Below the pieces are notes generated by a model, which saw only the letters and a program-made list of their open reading frames with translations, ran no database searches and was not told the DNA's origin. Shown one piece after another: positions 7,530 through 19,500 of a stretch of DNA of 34,279 nucleotides (the stretch's first letter is position 1; the number at the start of each line of letters is the position of its first letter). Both the position numbers and the translations under genes were made by a program. Source of the DNA: a virus (lineage: Duplodnaviria > Caudoviricetes); the IMG/VR virus record IMGVR_UViG_3300034061_005476, positions 1 through 34,279 of that record; one strand, 5' to 3'.

Positions 7530-10500
7530 CTTACGGCAATCGTTCTAAGTTCTTTGATTCTTGGTGGATATGCCTGATTAGTTCCGGACATTACGATTTT
7601 AATGACATATCCAGTAAATAATCCAAGATTATCTGCAGTAAATTCATATTCTTTAAATTCATTATCTAAACTGGAACTTACAAAAGAATCGGGTTTTCCA
7701 TTATTTAGAGAAGGATCAACTACTGAAAGTCCTGATGCCGTAGATATAAGATTATCATAACCTGGGAATAATTCAAATGATTGTTCAACTTCAGAAGAAT
7801 CTGGTCTAAACAAACTATATAAAACTCTAAAATCAGCAGATTCGTGGCGATATGCAGATAAAATAACTTTAAGAGAAGTTGCCGGATTTACTAGATTCAC
7901 AGATCTTGAAACATATACTGCAGCGTGTGGATCATCTAATATGGAATTAGATCTTCCATCTAATGCATAATCAGAAACAGGACTGTTTAAACGACTGGAA
8001 ATAAACTCAGTAAATGCAGTATCTAAGAATATTATAGGTGATAAATTAGAATCAGTTGTACTTAAGGTTATTCCTGTGGTAAATGATTTATTTCTTTGAT
8101 TTGGTAAATTACTAAGATACTCGGTTTCATTTTCTTTAGAACATACAAGTCTCACACTTCTCAGAGTATTCAATGCATTCAACTGAACTGGTTCAATTCC
8201 ATTATCCAAGAATGAAGTCTCAGATCCACTTACACTTGTTCCGGAAACCGATCTAATGAAAGCAGAAACCGATGTGGAAGATCCTGGAGTAATGAGATCA
8301 TATGTTGGTACTATAGAACTATAAAGAATATTTTCACTTGCTAGAACTTTAGAACCTCCTAATGTTGATTCTGAAGTAAATTGCAGTTGTGGTGCATTTG
8401 CAGCATTTCCATCAATAAATCCATCAGTACCTCTATTTGCTCCATTTGCGGTTCTATCAATTTCCAAATAATATCCATCCAATCCGATATCTAGATCACT
8501 AATGTCGTGAGTCTTATTAATTCTGCGTAATGAAACTCCATTTAATTCATACTTATACATTAAACTATTTACATCATGATCAATTGAAATAGTAGAATCA
8601 ATGCCTCTGGTAATAGTTCCTAAGAATCCACTACCAATAGACTGATATTTAATTATTTCATTTCCAATTTTTACATATCCAGGATTGGTTGCACTTACAG
8701 AAACTCCCTCAAAAGTTCCAAAGTTTGAAGTATCTCCAACGGCAATTGTTGTTGATGTAGAAGTTATTGACGAAGTAATTACAACTGGTGCGGTACTAGA
8801 TTCTGCATTATAAATTCTAAGTTTATTTGTATTTCCATACATTCCGTGGTCAAAATGTTCTACTCTTAAATAATTTCCAGAATATTGATTAGTTGAAGGT
8901 GTAAAAGGAGATCTAATTATAGTGCTTGCAAGAGAAACTATTGTATTAGAATTATTGTAGTAACTTAATCCGGCACCAACTGTAAAAGTATCCCCCTGAA
9001 TATTTCCCAAATAGAGTGTATCCAATCCTGTAATTGCCGAAATTGTAATTCTTGCATCACGCCCACGAACCGAAGTTCCGGTTCCTACCGTAGAAGTCAC
9101 AATACCAACAACATCTCCTACAGCATATCCATTTCCAGGACTTACAGTTGTTATTCCAGTAATTGTTCCATTAGTTGCAGTAATACTTAAAATAAGACCA
9201 GAACCATTTCCGGTAATATTATAAGTGCTTACATTGGCATCTGTAACATAATTACTTCCCCCAGTGGTCAATCCTACTGTGGATACAGAACTTCCAGTCC
9301 CAATAATATACCCATAAACATAATCATATGTCCCATCTACAATTTTTCTACCGTTACTTAAATCTGCGATTAATGATGAATTTGTTGTTGTGGTAATTCC
9401 TAATGAACCAGTTCTTGGTAATGTTGTTAGTGGATTATTTCCCAATCTCTCAACATATCCATTACTTTCATCTAATGTTGGATTATAGAAAAATGCGGTT
9501 CCTGGTTGATTTTCAATAAATTGTGCCTTATAAAGTTTAAATTTAAGGTCTTGATATTGATTTGCTGTCCATATAGATCCATTTTGAGATTTGAATAAAC
9601 TTCCCATCGCAAATTGCTTTGAGTAAGTTACGGCATTAACATCTGGAAGATCTTTGGTATTGACAGTTTTTTCTCCCATAATCGCAGTCCACATCTCATA
9701 TTGATCACTATTTTCTGAAATAATTACAATCGCATATTCTCTACCAGGTGGAAGATAAATTGGTTCATCAAAAGTAACTTTAGTAGCAATGGAAGCATCT
9801 GAAGAAACACCCACTTGATTTGGCCTCAATGTAACTGAATTGCCGATAACAATCCTAGTGGGTGTTCCCAGTTCCATAGTTCTTATTTCAACTTTTACCG
9901 TAGCATTTCCACTATCTTTTTTCGCAAAGAATAAATCAACGGCGGTTAAAAATGCACCATTAGAATCATCGGTTGCCAATCCTTCTCTAGAAGAATCGGG
10001 AGCTTCTATATTTCCACCAACAACAAAAGATTGTGCGAGAGGATCAACGAATCTTTGAATCGTTGTTCTTGTATGGGTGTTTATTGTTGTTTGCGAAGTT
10101 GTTGTATTTGTTGTGAGATTATTGACTGTTGTTGTTGTTAGATTTCTTGTGGTTGCCGTAACAGTATTTTCCCACTGTTCAAGTGTTCCATCAGAATTGA
10201 AGTTTGTTTCGGCAAATGAAGTATCAGAACTTCCTGGAAGACCCGGATCATTTGTTGAACTTGAACTCAACTTAAATGTTTTAGTTCCAGTAGAAATTCT
10301 TACAGTTGGAGTTGGAATTGTATTTGGATCTCTTAAAAAGAATGTTCCAATCAGATCTCCAAAATTATCAGAAATAAGTCTTAAGTCACCTACGGTTGCC
10401 ACGGCACGACTGGTCTGACCCACCAATTGCATACCTCTGAGCAAATATCCAGAGTATTTTCCTTGAGCCTCTTCTGATAGCGAAACAGTATCAACATTCA

Positions 10501-13500
10501 AAACTTTTGATGATTGACTATATCCGGATGCTATAGATTCGGTTCTAATATATGGGTTAATCGTATATGTGGTGGATGGTGCATTATATGGACCATACTT
10601 ATGATTTGGTGCTGCAACTCTAAATGAAATTAAATTTACACCGCCAAATGTTCCAATAACAGTTTCTCCAACTGCAAATGCTCCGGATGTATTTGTTATC
10701 TCGATTAATTTTGGAATAAAATCAACTCCACTATTTCCATCAAGGAATTGGTAAAATTGCGTAGATGGTTTGATATTGGATACAGAAAATTGAATATTTC
10801 TGGACCTCATAAATGATTCACTAGATGATGATATCAATACATTTCTTATTGTTGTATCAGTATTACTTACTGTATCAAAACTTTCAGTTGTAGAAGTTGC
10901 AGAAGTAGTATTTGTAGCAGTTGATGATGTTACAGTATTAGTAGAATTAGAGATAGTAGCATTAATTCTTCCGTCTGGAGCTCGTTGCCTTACATCTGCC
11001 AGTCTAATATTTTCTGAGGTCTGAGTATTAATCGGTGTCAAAGTAACTGAAACATTACTAGTTAAATTGTTGGTAAGAGTTCTACTGGAATTTAATGTTA
11101 CACTGATATTTTTATCAGGAAGTTGAACTGTTCTAACCCAATTGTCAATTTCAGGACTTAATTTAATATCTCCACTATAAACAATCACATTAAATGGATT
11201 TACATTTTCTACTGTCGTTGCAAACGCCTGTTCTATCCATCCAATGGAATCATACTTTAAAGTTACTGCCTTTCCTGTTTTTACGACATTTGGATCTAGT
11301 AACTTAAAATTTTCCGAAAAATCTAAATTTTCATCAGTAGTTGCAGACTCAGGTGCAATCTGTGATTTAAGTGAATTTCTACTAGTAACTGGTGTTATTT
11401 CATTTGTAGATGTATTAACTCTAATGGAGGATAATCCTCTGTTAATAAACGAATAATTTTTAAAATCATCTACAAAAAATCCACTCTTAAATCTATTGTT
11501 ACCATCAGCATCTTGAATCTGTAAAGTCTGAGTATTTACTTCAAGTAAAGACAATGAAGTAACTCTCTCTAAGTTTTCCACTCTATCTTCAATTAGACCA
11601 ATATCTCTCATAGTATATCTTCTATTATCCATCAAAGTCACTACGGCATTTGCTGGATCGTAAAGATATGGTGGTAGTTTTATGGTTGCAATTTCCATTA
11701 CGGCATCATTTTTATCTGGTGCCTTAGGAGTGTTGGAAGATATTCCTTTTTCTAGAATAAAGTTTTTATTCTTATCGAGATATAGTTTATCAATTCTTGC
11801 TAAGTAATAATCATAACCAAGTAATGAACTTTCATTTGGCGATAAAATGCGCGTGGGTTCTAAAGTTCTTGATGAGAAATCAAATGGTGAAGAACTATCT
11901 GAGGTAAAAATTGGAACTCTTGGTCTGAAATCTAAAGTATCCGAGGATCTTACTGATCTTGGTCCAATAAAAGGGATATCGTGTGTAAATCTATCTTTAT
12001 CATAACTTAATACCGTAAATACATCTCCACTATCATTGGAGGGAATCGAATAATAGTCGAATACAACTAAAAGTTGTTTTGATGGTTCTGGGGTATTTTT
12101 ATTTCTAACAATTTTAGAATAATCGTAATATTGATCTTTTTGTCCCTTGTCAAGTCTATATGAATTTGTAATGTCCTTATACTTTCCTGGAATTATAGAT
12201 TCAATTTCTGTAGTTATATTTGATTCTTCAAATGTAACCGTTTCAGAATTTGTAAATCTTTCTGAATTTAAATATACTACACCAAGAATATTGGAAGATG
12301 GACTTGAAACAACTCTTGCTATAGCTTTACTATCACTTCCTATGATATTTTCGCCAATAATAGCATTAGTTGATACATTAGCACTGGCACCGAATTGTAT
12401 TTGATCTAAAGTGGGTGCAGAAGAATCAAATGACTCATAAACTGAAATAATTTTTACCACATCTGGATAATTTAGTGATATCTCTTCATCTTGAACTCTT
12501 AATCCATAAAATTGATTATATGTAAGACCGTCTCCAATTGAAGAACTAATACCAGTTCCTGATTGAGGATACTTTGATCTTGCTATGGTTAAGGTATTAC
12601 TTTTATTATATGTTTTTACTTTGCTTTGTATTCCATTTTTAACTAGTGTAGTATTTACAACAACATCTGTCTCTGAAGGAGATAATCCACTAATAGTTAC
12701 GGTATTTCCACTTAAAACAAACTGATCTGAGGTTATTGTACCAATACCACCTCCACTATAGTGTACCGAATATCTTTCCTGATCAAATGACTCAAAAAAT
12801 GCACTAGAAATTCCACTAATTGCTGAAGTATTGAATTGTAGTACTCCACTACTATTTGTGCCTTGTCCGGTTATTTGTTCTGAAATTGTTAATAATGAAT
12901 CTGAAAGATTTACTGAAGAAACATTAGGATCTGGTAGTTGTGCATATAGGAATCCAGAATTCTCATTTCTTATGACTGGAGCACCAATAGTTATGTTACT
13001 GTAAGTTCCATTTGCAACGGCACCGTCAAATACTCCAGAAACTGTGGTGATACCAGCAATTGTTAGTGATGTGCCAGAAGAAGGAACTGCAGTTACACGA
13101 TTAAACGATTCATCTCCAGTTGTAGTTTGATATCTAATAATTGATCCTACTTTTACACCAGTGAAGAATTTTCCTGGGCTTACTAAGGTATTTCCACCAC
13201 TAATGGTTCCCTGGGTGATTCCATTTGGTAATCTAAATCTTTCAAGAAAACAATTTGCAGTAAATTGTGAAAATCCAGAAGAAGCACTTTGTTTTACTGA
13301 TTTAATGTCTTCTGTGGAATATGCAGTTACTGTTCTAATAGTTCTTGGAAAATCAATCCCATTTATAATTAACTGCTCTCCAACTGAAAATGTTCCGGAA
13401 GTTTGTCTTAAGTTAATAGTAGATGATGCTCCACCAGCAGAAACTGCAAAACCACTGGCACCGCTACTTTTTCCCTTTACGAACGATGTTGCAGGTAATT

Positions 13501-14908
13501 CTGCACTTGTTACTGAAGTATTTAAACCGACAGTTGTGTAAGTCTGAATGTCATAAAGATATAAATTCCAATTAGTAGCATTATTGGTATAAGAGGCATC
13601 GGTCAAACTAAAATTATATACTCTTGCGTTTCCGATAGTGGTTCCAGATCCCACAAATTGATCCAATAAATCTATTGTAAGTTTTTGTTTTGGAGTTCCA
13701 GATACTGTATTAACTTTTATAATATTTCCCATTTCAAAGGGAACACTTATATTATCTACTCTTGCCGTATCTCTTGGTTTAGGAACATCAATAATTGTTG
13801 TTGAAATTTTTTCTATATCATATCCCCGAACATAAGCCTTTCCTGGAGATATTTTCAAACACATCAAGTCTTCTGATGGTGTGTTTTTTTGTTCTGTGGT
13901 TTCAGTATTGAAAAATAAACCATTATTACCCAATCTATCATTTAAAGAATTGTTTACCGATAAATTAAAAGGTTCAACTGTATAATCACCAGATTCATCA
14001 TAAGTTCTTTCTGCCATATAATCTTTAATTATATTATATTGACTTTTTTGTTCAATTATTTTAATTTTTCCATTTTCAACTCTCAAAAGTTCAACAAAAT
14101 CAGTATCATTAAGGTCCGATATTAATTTTTTCGTTAGCGTTAAATTAATCTTAAATCTGTCTGCTCCAGGTGCTGCATAGTTTGTAAATCCCTTAGATGG
14201 ATCATATAATGAACTGTCGTCCCCAGCACTGAGAATTAATTCGTCAATTTTTAATCCAACTCTATATGAAGGTGTATTTGTATAATTATCTAAAATTATG
14301 GTTTGTTTGGATACATTAACAAAATAACCTCTAATGAAATAAACTCCATCACCAATAGATGCAGAAGAACCTACGGATGTTGCATTCAGTGCTATTAATG
14401 ATGCAAATGGAGTTCCTGCATTAATGGTAGTATTACCATAAGTTATATTTTCTTCTGCAATTAATGATTCCCCATCTTCAAACGGATTAAACTGAAAATT
14501 ATTATCAGAATCCAAATATTTTACATATATTGTTAAATCTTCTACATTTCCTCCATCGGGAAGAGAAACAAATTGAATTATTGCTGTTGTTCCTGATATT
14601 TGCCCTGTTATTTTTTTACCAATAAAATTATTAATGTAAAGAGAAATATCAACACCAAAATTAGTTGGATTCAGTTTTACAGAATTAAAATTTCCATCAT
14701 AGGCAATATTACCAGGAATAACAACTGATCCTTCTTTAAATATATGACTTCCGAAAGATTTTACCTGATCCTGTAAAATGGATTGAAGAGTTGTTAATTC
14801 TCTTGCCTGTACCGGATATCCTGGTTTAAACAAGACTTTGTAAAAATTCTTTTCAGAATCAAAGTCATCATAATATGGACTGATGTTTAAATCTGTTTTT
14901 TGTGCCAT
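7526..14908 (-). CDS. Large virion structural protein, VrlC / DUF4815-like
   Basis: 2460 aa with N-terminal TDLNISPYYDDF...VLFKPG.PVQARELT.LQSILQ, internal RFKSGFFVDDF, DPLAQSF and GSLFKSQNG.IW, and C-terminal PPRIKELRTIA. Follows gp8, as in T4-like cyanophages. Confidence 0.88.
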   Translation of the reverse strand: MAQKTDLNISPYYDDFDSEKNFYKVLFKPGYPVQARELTTLQSILQDQVKSFGSHIFKEGSVVIPGNIAYDGNFNSVKLNPTNFGVDISLYINNFIGKKITGQISGTTAIIQFVSLPDGGNVEDLTIYVKYLDSDNNFQFNPFEDGESLIAEENITYGNTTINAGTPFASLIALNATSVGSSASIGDGVYFIRGYFVNVSKQTIILDNYTNTPSYRVGLKIDELILSAGDDSSLYDPSKGFTNYAAPGADRFKINLTLTKKLISDLNDTDFVELLRVENGKIKIIEQKSQYNIIKDYMAERTYDESGDYTVEPFNLSVNNSLNDRLGNNGLFFNTETTEQKNTPSEDLMCLKISPGKAYVRGYDIEKISTTIIDVPKPRDTARVDNISVPFEMGNIIKVNTVSGTPKQKLTIDLLDQFVGSGTTIGNARVYNFSLTDASYTNNATNWNLYLYDIQTYTTVGLNTSVTSAELPATSFVKGKSSGASGFAVSAGGASSTINLRQTSGTFSVGEQLIINGIDFPRTIRTVTAYSTEDIKSVKQSASSGFSQFTANCFLERFRLPNGITQGTISGGNTLVSPGKFFTGVKVGSIIRYQTTTGDESFNRVTAVPSSGTSLTIAGITTVSGVFDGAVANGTYSNITIGAPVIRNENSGFLYAQLPDPNVSSVNLSDSLLTISEQITGQGTNSSGVLQFNTSAISGISSAFFESFDQERYSVHYSGGGIGTITSDQFVLSGNTVTISGLSPSETDVVVNTTLVKNGIQSKVKTYNKSNTLTIARSKYPQSGTGISSSIGDGLTYNQFYGLRVQDEEISLNYPDVVKIISVYESFDSSAPTLDQIQFGASANVSTNAIIGENIIGSDSKAIARVVSSPSSNILGVVYLNSERFTNSETVTFEESNITTEIESIIPGKYKDITNSYRLDKGQKDQYYDYSKIVRNKNTPEPSKQLLVVFDYYSIPSNDSGDVFTVLSYDKDRFTHDIPFIGPRSVRSSDTLDFRPRVPIFTSDSSSPFDFSSRTLEPTRILSPNESSLLGYDYYLARIDKLYLDKNKNFILEKGISSNTPKAPDKNDAVMEIATIKLPPYLYDPANAVVTLMDNRRYTMRDIGLIEDRVENLERVTSLSLLEVNTQTLQIQDADGNNRFKSGFFVDDFKNYSFINRGLSSIRVNTSTNEITPVTSRNSLKSQIAPESATTDENLDFSENFKLLDPNVVKTGKAVTLKYDSIGWIEQAFATTVENVNPFNVIVYSGDIKLSPEIDNWVRTVQLPDKNISVTLNSSRTLTNNLTSNVSVTLTPINTQTSENIRLADVRQRAPDGRINATISNSTNTVTSSTATNTTSATSTTESFDTVSNTDTTIRNVLISSSSESFMRSRNIQFSVSNIKPSTQFYQFLDGNSGVDFIPKLIEITNTSGAFAVGETVIGTFGGVNLISFRVAAPNHKYGPYNAPSTTYTINPYIRTESIASGYSQSSKVLNVDTVSLSEEAQGKYSGYLLRGMQLVGQTSRAVATVGDLRLISDNFGDLIGTFFLRDPNTIPTPTVRISTGTKTFKLSSSSTNDPGLPGSSDTSFAETNFNSDGTLEQWENTVTATTRNLTTTTVNNLTTNTTTSQTTINTHTRTTIQRFVDPLAQSFVVGGNIEAPDSSREGLATDDSNGAFLTAVDLFFAKKDSGNATVKVEIRTMELGTPTRIVIGNSVTLRPNQVGVSSDASIATKVTFDEPIYLPPGREYAIVIISENSDQYEMWTAIMGEKTVNTKDLPDVNAVTYSKQFAMGSLFKSQNGSIWTANQYQDLKFKLYKAQFIENQPGTAFFYNPTLDESNGYVERLGNNPLTTLPRTGSLGITTTTNSSLIADLSNGRKIVDGTYDYVYGYIIGTGSSVSTVGLTTGGSNYVTDANVSTYNITGNGSGLILSITATNGTITGITTVSPGNGYAVGDVVGIVTSTVGTGTSVRGRDARITISAITGLDTLYLGNIQGDTFTVGAGLSYYNNSNTIVSLASTIIRSPFTPSTNQYSGNYLRVEHFDHGMYGNTNKLRIYNAESSTAPVVITSSITSTSTTIAVGDTSNFGTFEGVSVSATNPGYVKIGNEIIKYQSIGSGFLGTITRGIDSTISIDHDVNSLMYKYELNGVSLRRINKTHDISDLDIGLDGYYLEIDRTANGANRGTDGFIDGNAANAPQLQFTSESTLGGSKVLASENILYSSIVPTYDLITPGSSTSVSAFIRSVSGTSVSGSETSFLDNGIEPVQLNALNTLRSVRLVCSKENETEYLSNLPNQRNKSFTTGITLSTTDSNLSPIIFLDTAFTEFISSRLNSPVSDYALDGRSNSILDDPHAAVYVSRSVNLVNPATSLKVILSAYRHESADFRVLYSLFRPDSSEVEQSFELFPGYDNLISTASGLSVVDPSLNNGKPDSFVSSSLDNEFKEYEFTADNLGLFTGYVIKIVMSGTNQAYPPRIKELRTIAVR

Positions 14909-14914
14909 TTTTAG

Positions 14915-16474
14915 TTAGAATTCCAGGATAATTTTAATGTCTTCTTTTTGCCTAATGTCTCTTGTTACCAGGGGTCTATTATCAATATAAATTATATCTC
15001 CTGTCTTTTTATTTATCTCAGGATTTGCAAGACCTGCTGTAAAAGTTACTCCCAAGTCTATAACTTTACCTCCAACATTATCTTTATTTGTTGGGGTGGG
15101 AGTCCCGAAAGTACTAGCAATAGATACTGTAAATGGAAATGCTCCAGTTGAAATAATTGATCCTCCAGTAGATTCGAAATTATAAACTCTAGAGTGATCT
15201 GTACGATCAGTTTGATCTAAACTATTTCCAAAATATAAAGATCTATCTTGAAAATATTTTAAGACTTTAGTTTCACTATCATATGATGCAATATAACCTC
15301 TTGCAGTTCCATTAGTCACAGTTTGGGTAATTTCTTCTCCGATACCAGGATTGTCATCAAACTCAGGATCTAATTTAATTGCTCCTAAAGATGAATATTG
15401 ATTTTCTGTAAAAATAACAGTATCTGAAGAAAAAGTAGTTGGATTCTTTATAATTCCAACTTGAGCAAATTTAGTGTCCGTTGGAAAATCTTTTGTTGAA
15501 TCATCAAATCTTGCATAAATCAATACTTTATCAGTCCCCAATTCGGTATAAATGTCATAACCGTGCCCTTTTGATGGTGGAATGATTGGTATTAGTTTAG
15601 CAGCATTCCCTTCTGGTATATTTTCTCCACGAAGTCTTCCCAAGTCAACGATTCCCCAAGTATATCCATAACCACCTGCAGTTACTTGAGTTTCGGTAAT
15701 TTTTCCATCAACTGCTGTTATAGAAACTCTACCTCCAGATCCATCGCCAAGAATATCAACAACACCAGAACTATATCCAAGACCACCAGATGCAATATAT
15801 ACTTTCTTAATTTGATTTGGATTTGTAGATCCAGAATCTCCATTTTCTCTTACACTTACAATTTGAGAATCTGTTGATGTTGCCCAATCGTTAGGAACTA
15901 CAACATATTCTGTTGAATCAAACTTTATAATATCACTGGGAGAAACTGAAAATAGATATTTCCAAATATATCCATCTCCACTTGTTCCTGCCGCAGAAGG
16001 TTCTAAATCTGTGAATGTGGGTTCATCTTGGGATTTGCCACCTTTTAAATTTGCACCAGAAGAACCGTTATCTATACAAATGTAAACTCTAAAATCACTA
16101 TTAATTACATAATAATTTGAATCGTATAATCTACTTGAGTTTGAATTTGGTGTTGGATTCTGAATACTATAATCGTGCCTATACATCTCATAGGATGTAT
16201 TGGAAGTCCAAGTAACTTTTCTTATAAGTCTTCTAATATTGCTAGATGTAATTTTTTTACCAAATAAAGATGTGTCTCTGTAATGACTTAAATATTCCAA
16301 ATTATCTGTTGGGCTTGGGATATTAGTATTCCAATCAGTAGTTCTTCCAAATGCATCTTGTACTGGATTGTCCAAACCCAAAAAAACATAGTAAGAATCG
16401 TTACCACCAGTTACAGAATCTATAAAATTACTTGCATTTAATATTCTAAATTGATCCGTTACTATTGCCGCCAT
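14915..16474 (-). CDS. gp8: Baseplate wedge subunit (T4 gp8-like)
   Basis: MAAIVTDQFRI.NA..F, YYVINSDFRVYICIDNG, DGYIWKYLF and GDIIYIDNR...R...QKEDIKIILEF motifs. Confidence 0.92.
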   Translation of the reverse strand: MAAIVTDQFRILNASNFIDSVTGGNDSYYVFLGLDNPVQDAFGRTTDWNTNIPSPTDNLEYLSHYRDTSLFGKKITSSNIRRLIRKVTWTSNTSYEMYRHDYSIQNPTPNSNSSRLYDSNYYVINSDFRVYICIDNGSSGANLKGGKSQDEPTFTDLEPSAAGTSGDGYIWKYLFSVSPSDIIKFDSTEYVVVPNDWATSTDSQIVSVRENGDSGSTNPNQIKKVYIASGGLGYSSGVVDILGDGSGGRVSITAVDGKITETQVTAGGYGYTWGIVDLGRLRGENIPEGNAAKLIPIIPPSKGHGYDIYTELGTDKVLIYARFDDSTKDFPTDTKFAQVGIIKNPTTFSSDTVIFTENQYSSLGAIKLDPEFDDNPGIGEEITQTVTNGTARGYIASYDSETKVLKYFQDRSLYFGNSLDQTDRTDHSRVYNFESTGGSIISTGAFPFTVSIASTFGTPTPTNKDNVGGKVIDLGVTFTAGLANPEINKKTGDIIYIDNRPLVTRDIRQKEDIKIILEF

Positions 16475-16492
16475 ATTAATATTTTTTTTAAG

Positions 16493-16500
16493 TATTTATA
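16493..16500 (-). promoter_or_regulatory. T4-type late promoter TATAAATA
   Basis: Exact consensus overlapping the gp7 stop, 18 nt upstream of the gp8 ATG. Confidence 0.8.
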
Positions 16501-19500
16501 AAAGTTTTGGAAGTGCTCCCGTCTGTCTAATACCAACTCCTCTTCTTTGGATCGTCGCAAAAGTTGATAATCCAACATCCACAGTATTTCCGGTTACTCC
16601 TATTGAAATTGGAGAACTTGATCTACTAAATCCAGACATTCTACCCCAAGAGAATTTGCCTATTGGGTTCGATACATTTCCAGAAGAAGAGAGTCCAATC
16701 GTGGATGTAGTTGATAATATGTTACAAGTAATAATTCCAACAGCACCACTAGAGGAGAACTGATGAATGTAGTAAATATTATCTATAAAAGTTGTTCCAA
16801 TTCCAACCACTGCAGAATTTGATGTATCAATAGAAGTCACTCCCCTTCCAACTCTTGTATCAAAGATGTAAATAGGATATCCAATTGATAGATCTGTAAA
16901 TGATGGTGCATTTAAATGGAATCTAAGTGCCAGTGGATTTCCACCACTACCTGTTGTGGTTGTAATTCCTGTAATAATTCCAGAGAATCCGTTTACTATG
17001 GATATTTCTGATAAGTTTTCATATATTGGATCCGGGAGTGGCACAATAACTTTTGGTGGATTTAGAGTTGTATAACCAAAACCAGGATTAGTAATTGTTA
17101 TTGGTGTTGTTAATGTTCCTGCGACACCAACTGCAATTGTTGCGGTTGCGGTGGATCCTACCGATACTATTGCACCTTCATCATTTATTTCTATTATTTT
17201 TGGAGGTGAAGAAATTTTTACCGCAACTGATGCTCCAGTGTATCCACTTCCAGAACTATTAATAACCAATGATTGAATTGTTCCTGCAGCAGAGACAACT
17301 GCTGTTATTCGCGCTGATACCGCATCTGGAGATCCACTAATAACTAAAGCATCAAATTTTTCGGATCCTTCCAAATCATACTCAAAGAATTCTGCATTAT
17401 CTACAAATATTTCATCAGATGTCGTTGAAAAATCTTTGATAATTTTGGCGGTTGGATAAACTAAAGACTCAATAGAATCTCTAGTTTTATAAACATCTTC
17501 TCCATTAATTTTCCTATCAACTTTTTGTTTAATCCAGCTTAATGGTTTATAGTTTTCAGAATCAACTCCTTGGTTTGAATATAAATTAGTTTCAAACTTA
17601 TCGGAGGATGATAAATCAAATATTGTTCTCTTATCCTGTGTAATTGTTTCAGGAATTGAATTATTCTTAAGAACCTGTACGGTATCACCTCTTTTTAGAG
17701 TTTCATTGATTGTATCATTCACAATAACATCATCACCATCGGTTCCTTTATAGAAGAAAATTGCAACATTATCCTCTGGTCTTGGAGCAGTTGTAAATAC
17801 AAAACTAGTTCCACCTTCAAATTCATATGCAACTCCAGGATCCTGAATTACTCCATTTATAACAATTAGTAGTGCATTTGCAAGATTTACCTGAGAACCT
17901 TCCAGAGATTCAAAACTTAATAATTCATTATTATAGAATAATGGGAATCTTGTTCTTACTCCATCCTGATAATTTTTTATCGAATCTATATAATCAAACT
18001 CCCCAAACTGCCAAGCGGCAAAGGAATCTGAAAATGTATCAACTACTGTCAACTGGAACTCTGATAATGGAGATGCCAATCCTTTAGCAGTCACTAATCC
18101 AACTGGTTTAAATACATCTCCTCTTCTGAATGAGTAACCTTGTCTAGAAATACTAAATCTAGAAACTTCAAAATATGTTGATCCTATTCCAGTTGTAGAA
18201 CTTGCACCAACTTCAACGTTGAGTAAAAGACCTATTCCAGTAGATGTTGTTGTTCCAACTCCTAATCTGGATACGCCGGTTACGCTTAAATTTTCATAAG
18301 ATGGTTCTGATACGAATACTTTAGGATTTGTGTATCCAGTTCCGCCTGCACCAACAGTAAAGGAAAGTGTTCCTCCTGCTCCAACTGATGCAGTTATGAT
18401 TGCAGTATCTCCAATATGACCACTTTGATATACTGAAACTCCTATTGAAACAATACCATTATATCCAGAACCAAGATTATCAGTAGTTCCCAGTCCAACA
18501 GATACTATACTGCCCCCAGCACCAACTACGGCAGTTACTGCTGCTCCTACAAGAGGTGCATATCCAAGACCAGTAGAAGAACCCAACGAAATGATTATTC
18601 CTCCCCTAGGGGTTTGATTTTGATTTACATCAAACTCTGACGTAATAATTGTTCCAGTACCTGCGGATGTAATTCCGGAAAATACTACGCTCGATATTCC
18701 CGAAACAGTATTTTCAATAATACTAAAATTATTTTCTGGATTATTGAGAGTTGTTGGAGTTTGGAAAACACCATTTATAAACAAAATTCCATTTCCTCCG
18801 GTGGTTCCTAGTCCTACAGTATTTGCACCACCGACAGTTAATGTAAAAGTTCTACCAATACCCGTAAATTGACTTGAAATGTCATCATATACTTGATTTG
18901 ATGTATAATCATTTCTCAAGAAAACTCTTCCGGTAAAATCTGAAGTTTCAAAAGTCAAATTGCTAGAGTCTCTAATTATTTGTGGATTTCCTCTTGGAGA
19001 TTCGGCAAAGAAAATATTACTATCAACAATATTATAAGATCCTTTATAAATTCTTACTGGAGTAGAATCTGTATGAGTTGTTGCCGATGACCCAACAAAT
19101 CCTCTAGTCACTTCAACTAAATTAATATTTCCACTATTTGTAATTGGTCCAACATTAGTGGTCCCCAATCCAACATTAATTATTCCCATATATTCATTAT
19201 CAATTTTTAGAATATCTTTTGGTATAATTGTAGATATCCCACTCAAAGCAAATACTGAAGATCCTGCACTTATTTGCCCCCCATTTCCAAGTAAATTATA
19301 TGATATTGGGGTAAATAGTAATGGATATTGAACTACATTATCAATAGTAATCAATGCCTTTTCAAGTTTTTTATCCATTTCAAGTTGGTGTGCGTTACCA
19401 CTACCTTCTGAAGTAAATGTAACTCCAATACCAGAAATAGCATTAGACTTGCTTGTTGCCAATTTAAATGTATTATCTGATAGTTTAATAACATACACTT

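Noticed and set aside
9840-13541. Plus-strand ORFs within the VrlC-like gene, including the Val-rich 113-aa ORF at 10077-10418
   Set aside because: Antisense shadows. The Val-rich pseudo-membrane sequence is simply the reverse complement of ACA/ACT/AAC-rich Thr/Asn codons.
7526-14908. Reading 'VrlC' as a virulence factor, or gp25/gp6 as T6SS/eCIS
   Set aside because: Neck, terminase and late-promoter context shows an ordinary T4-like virion module.
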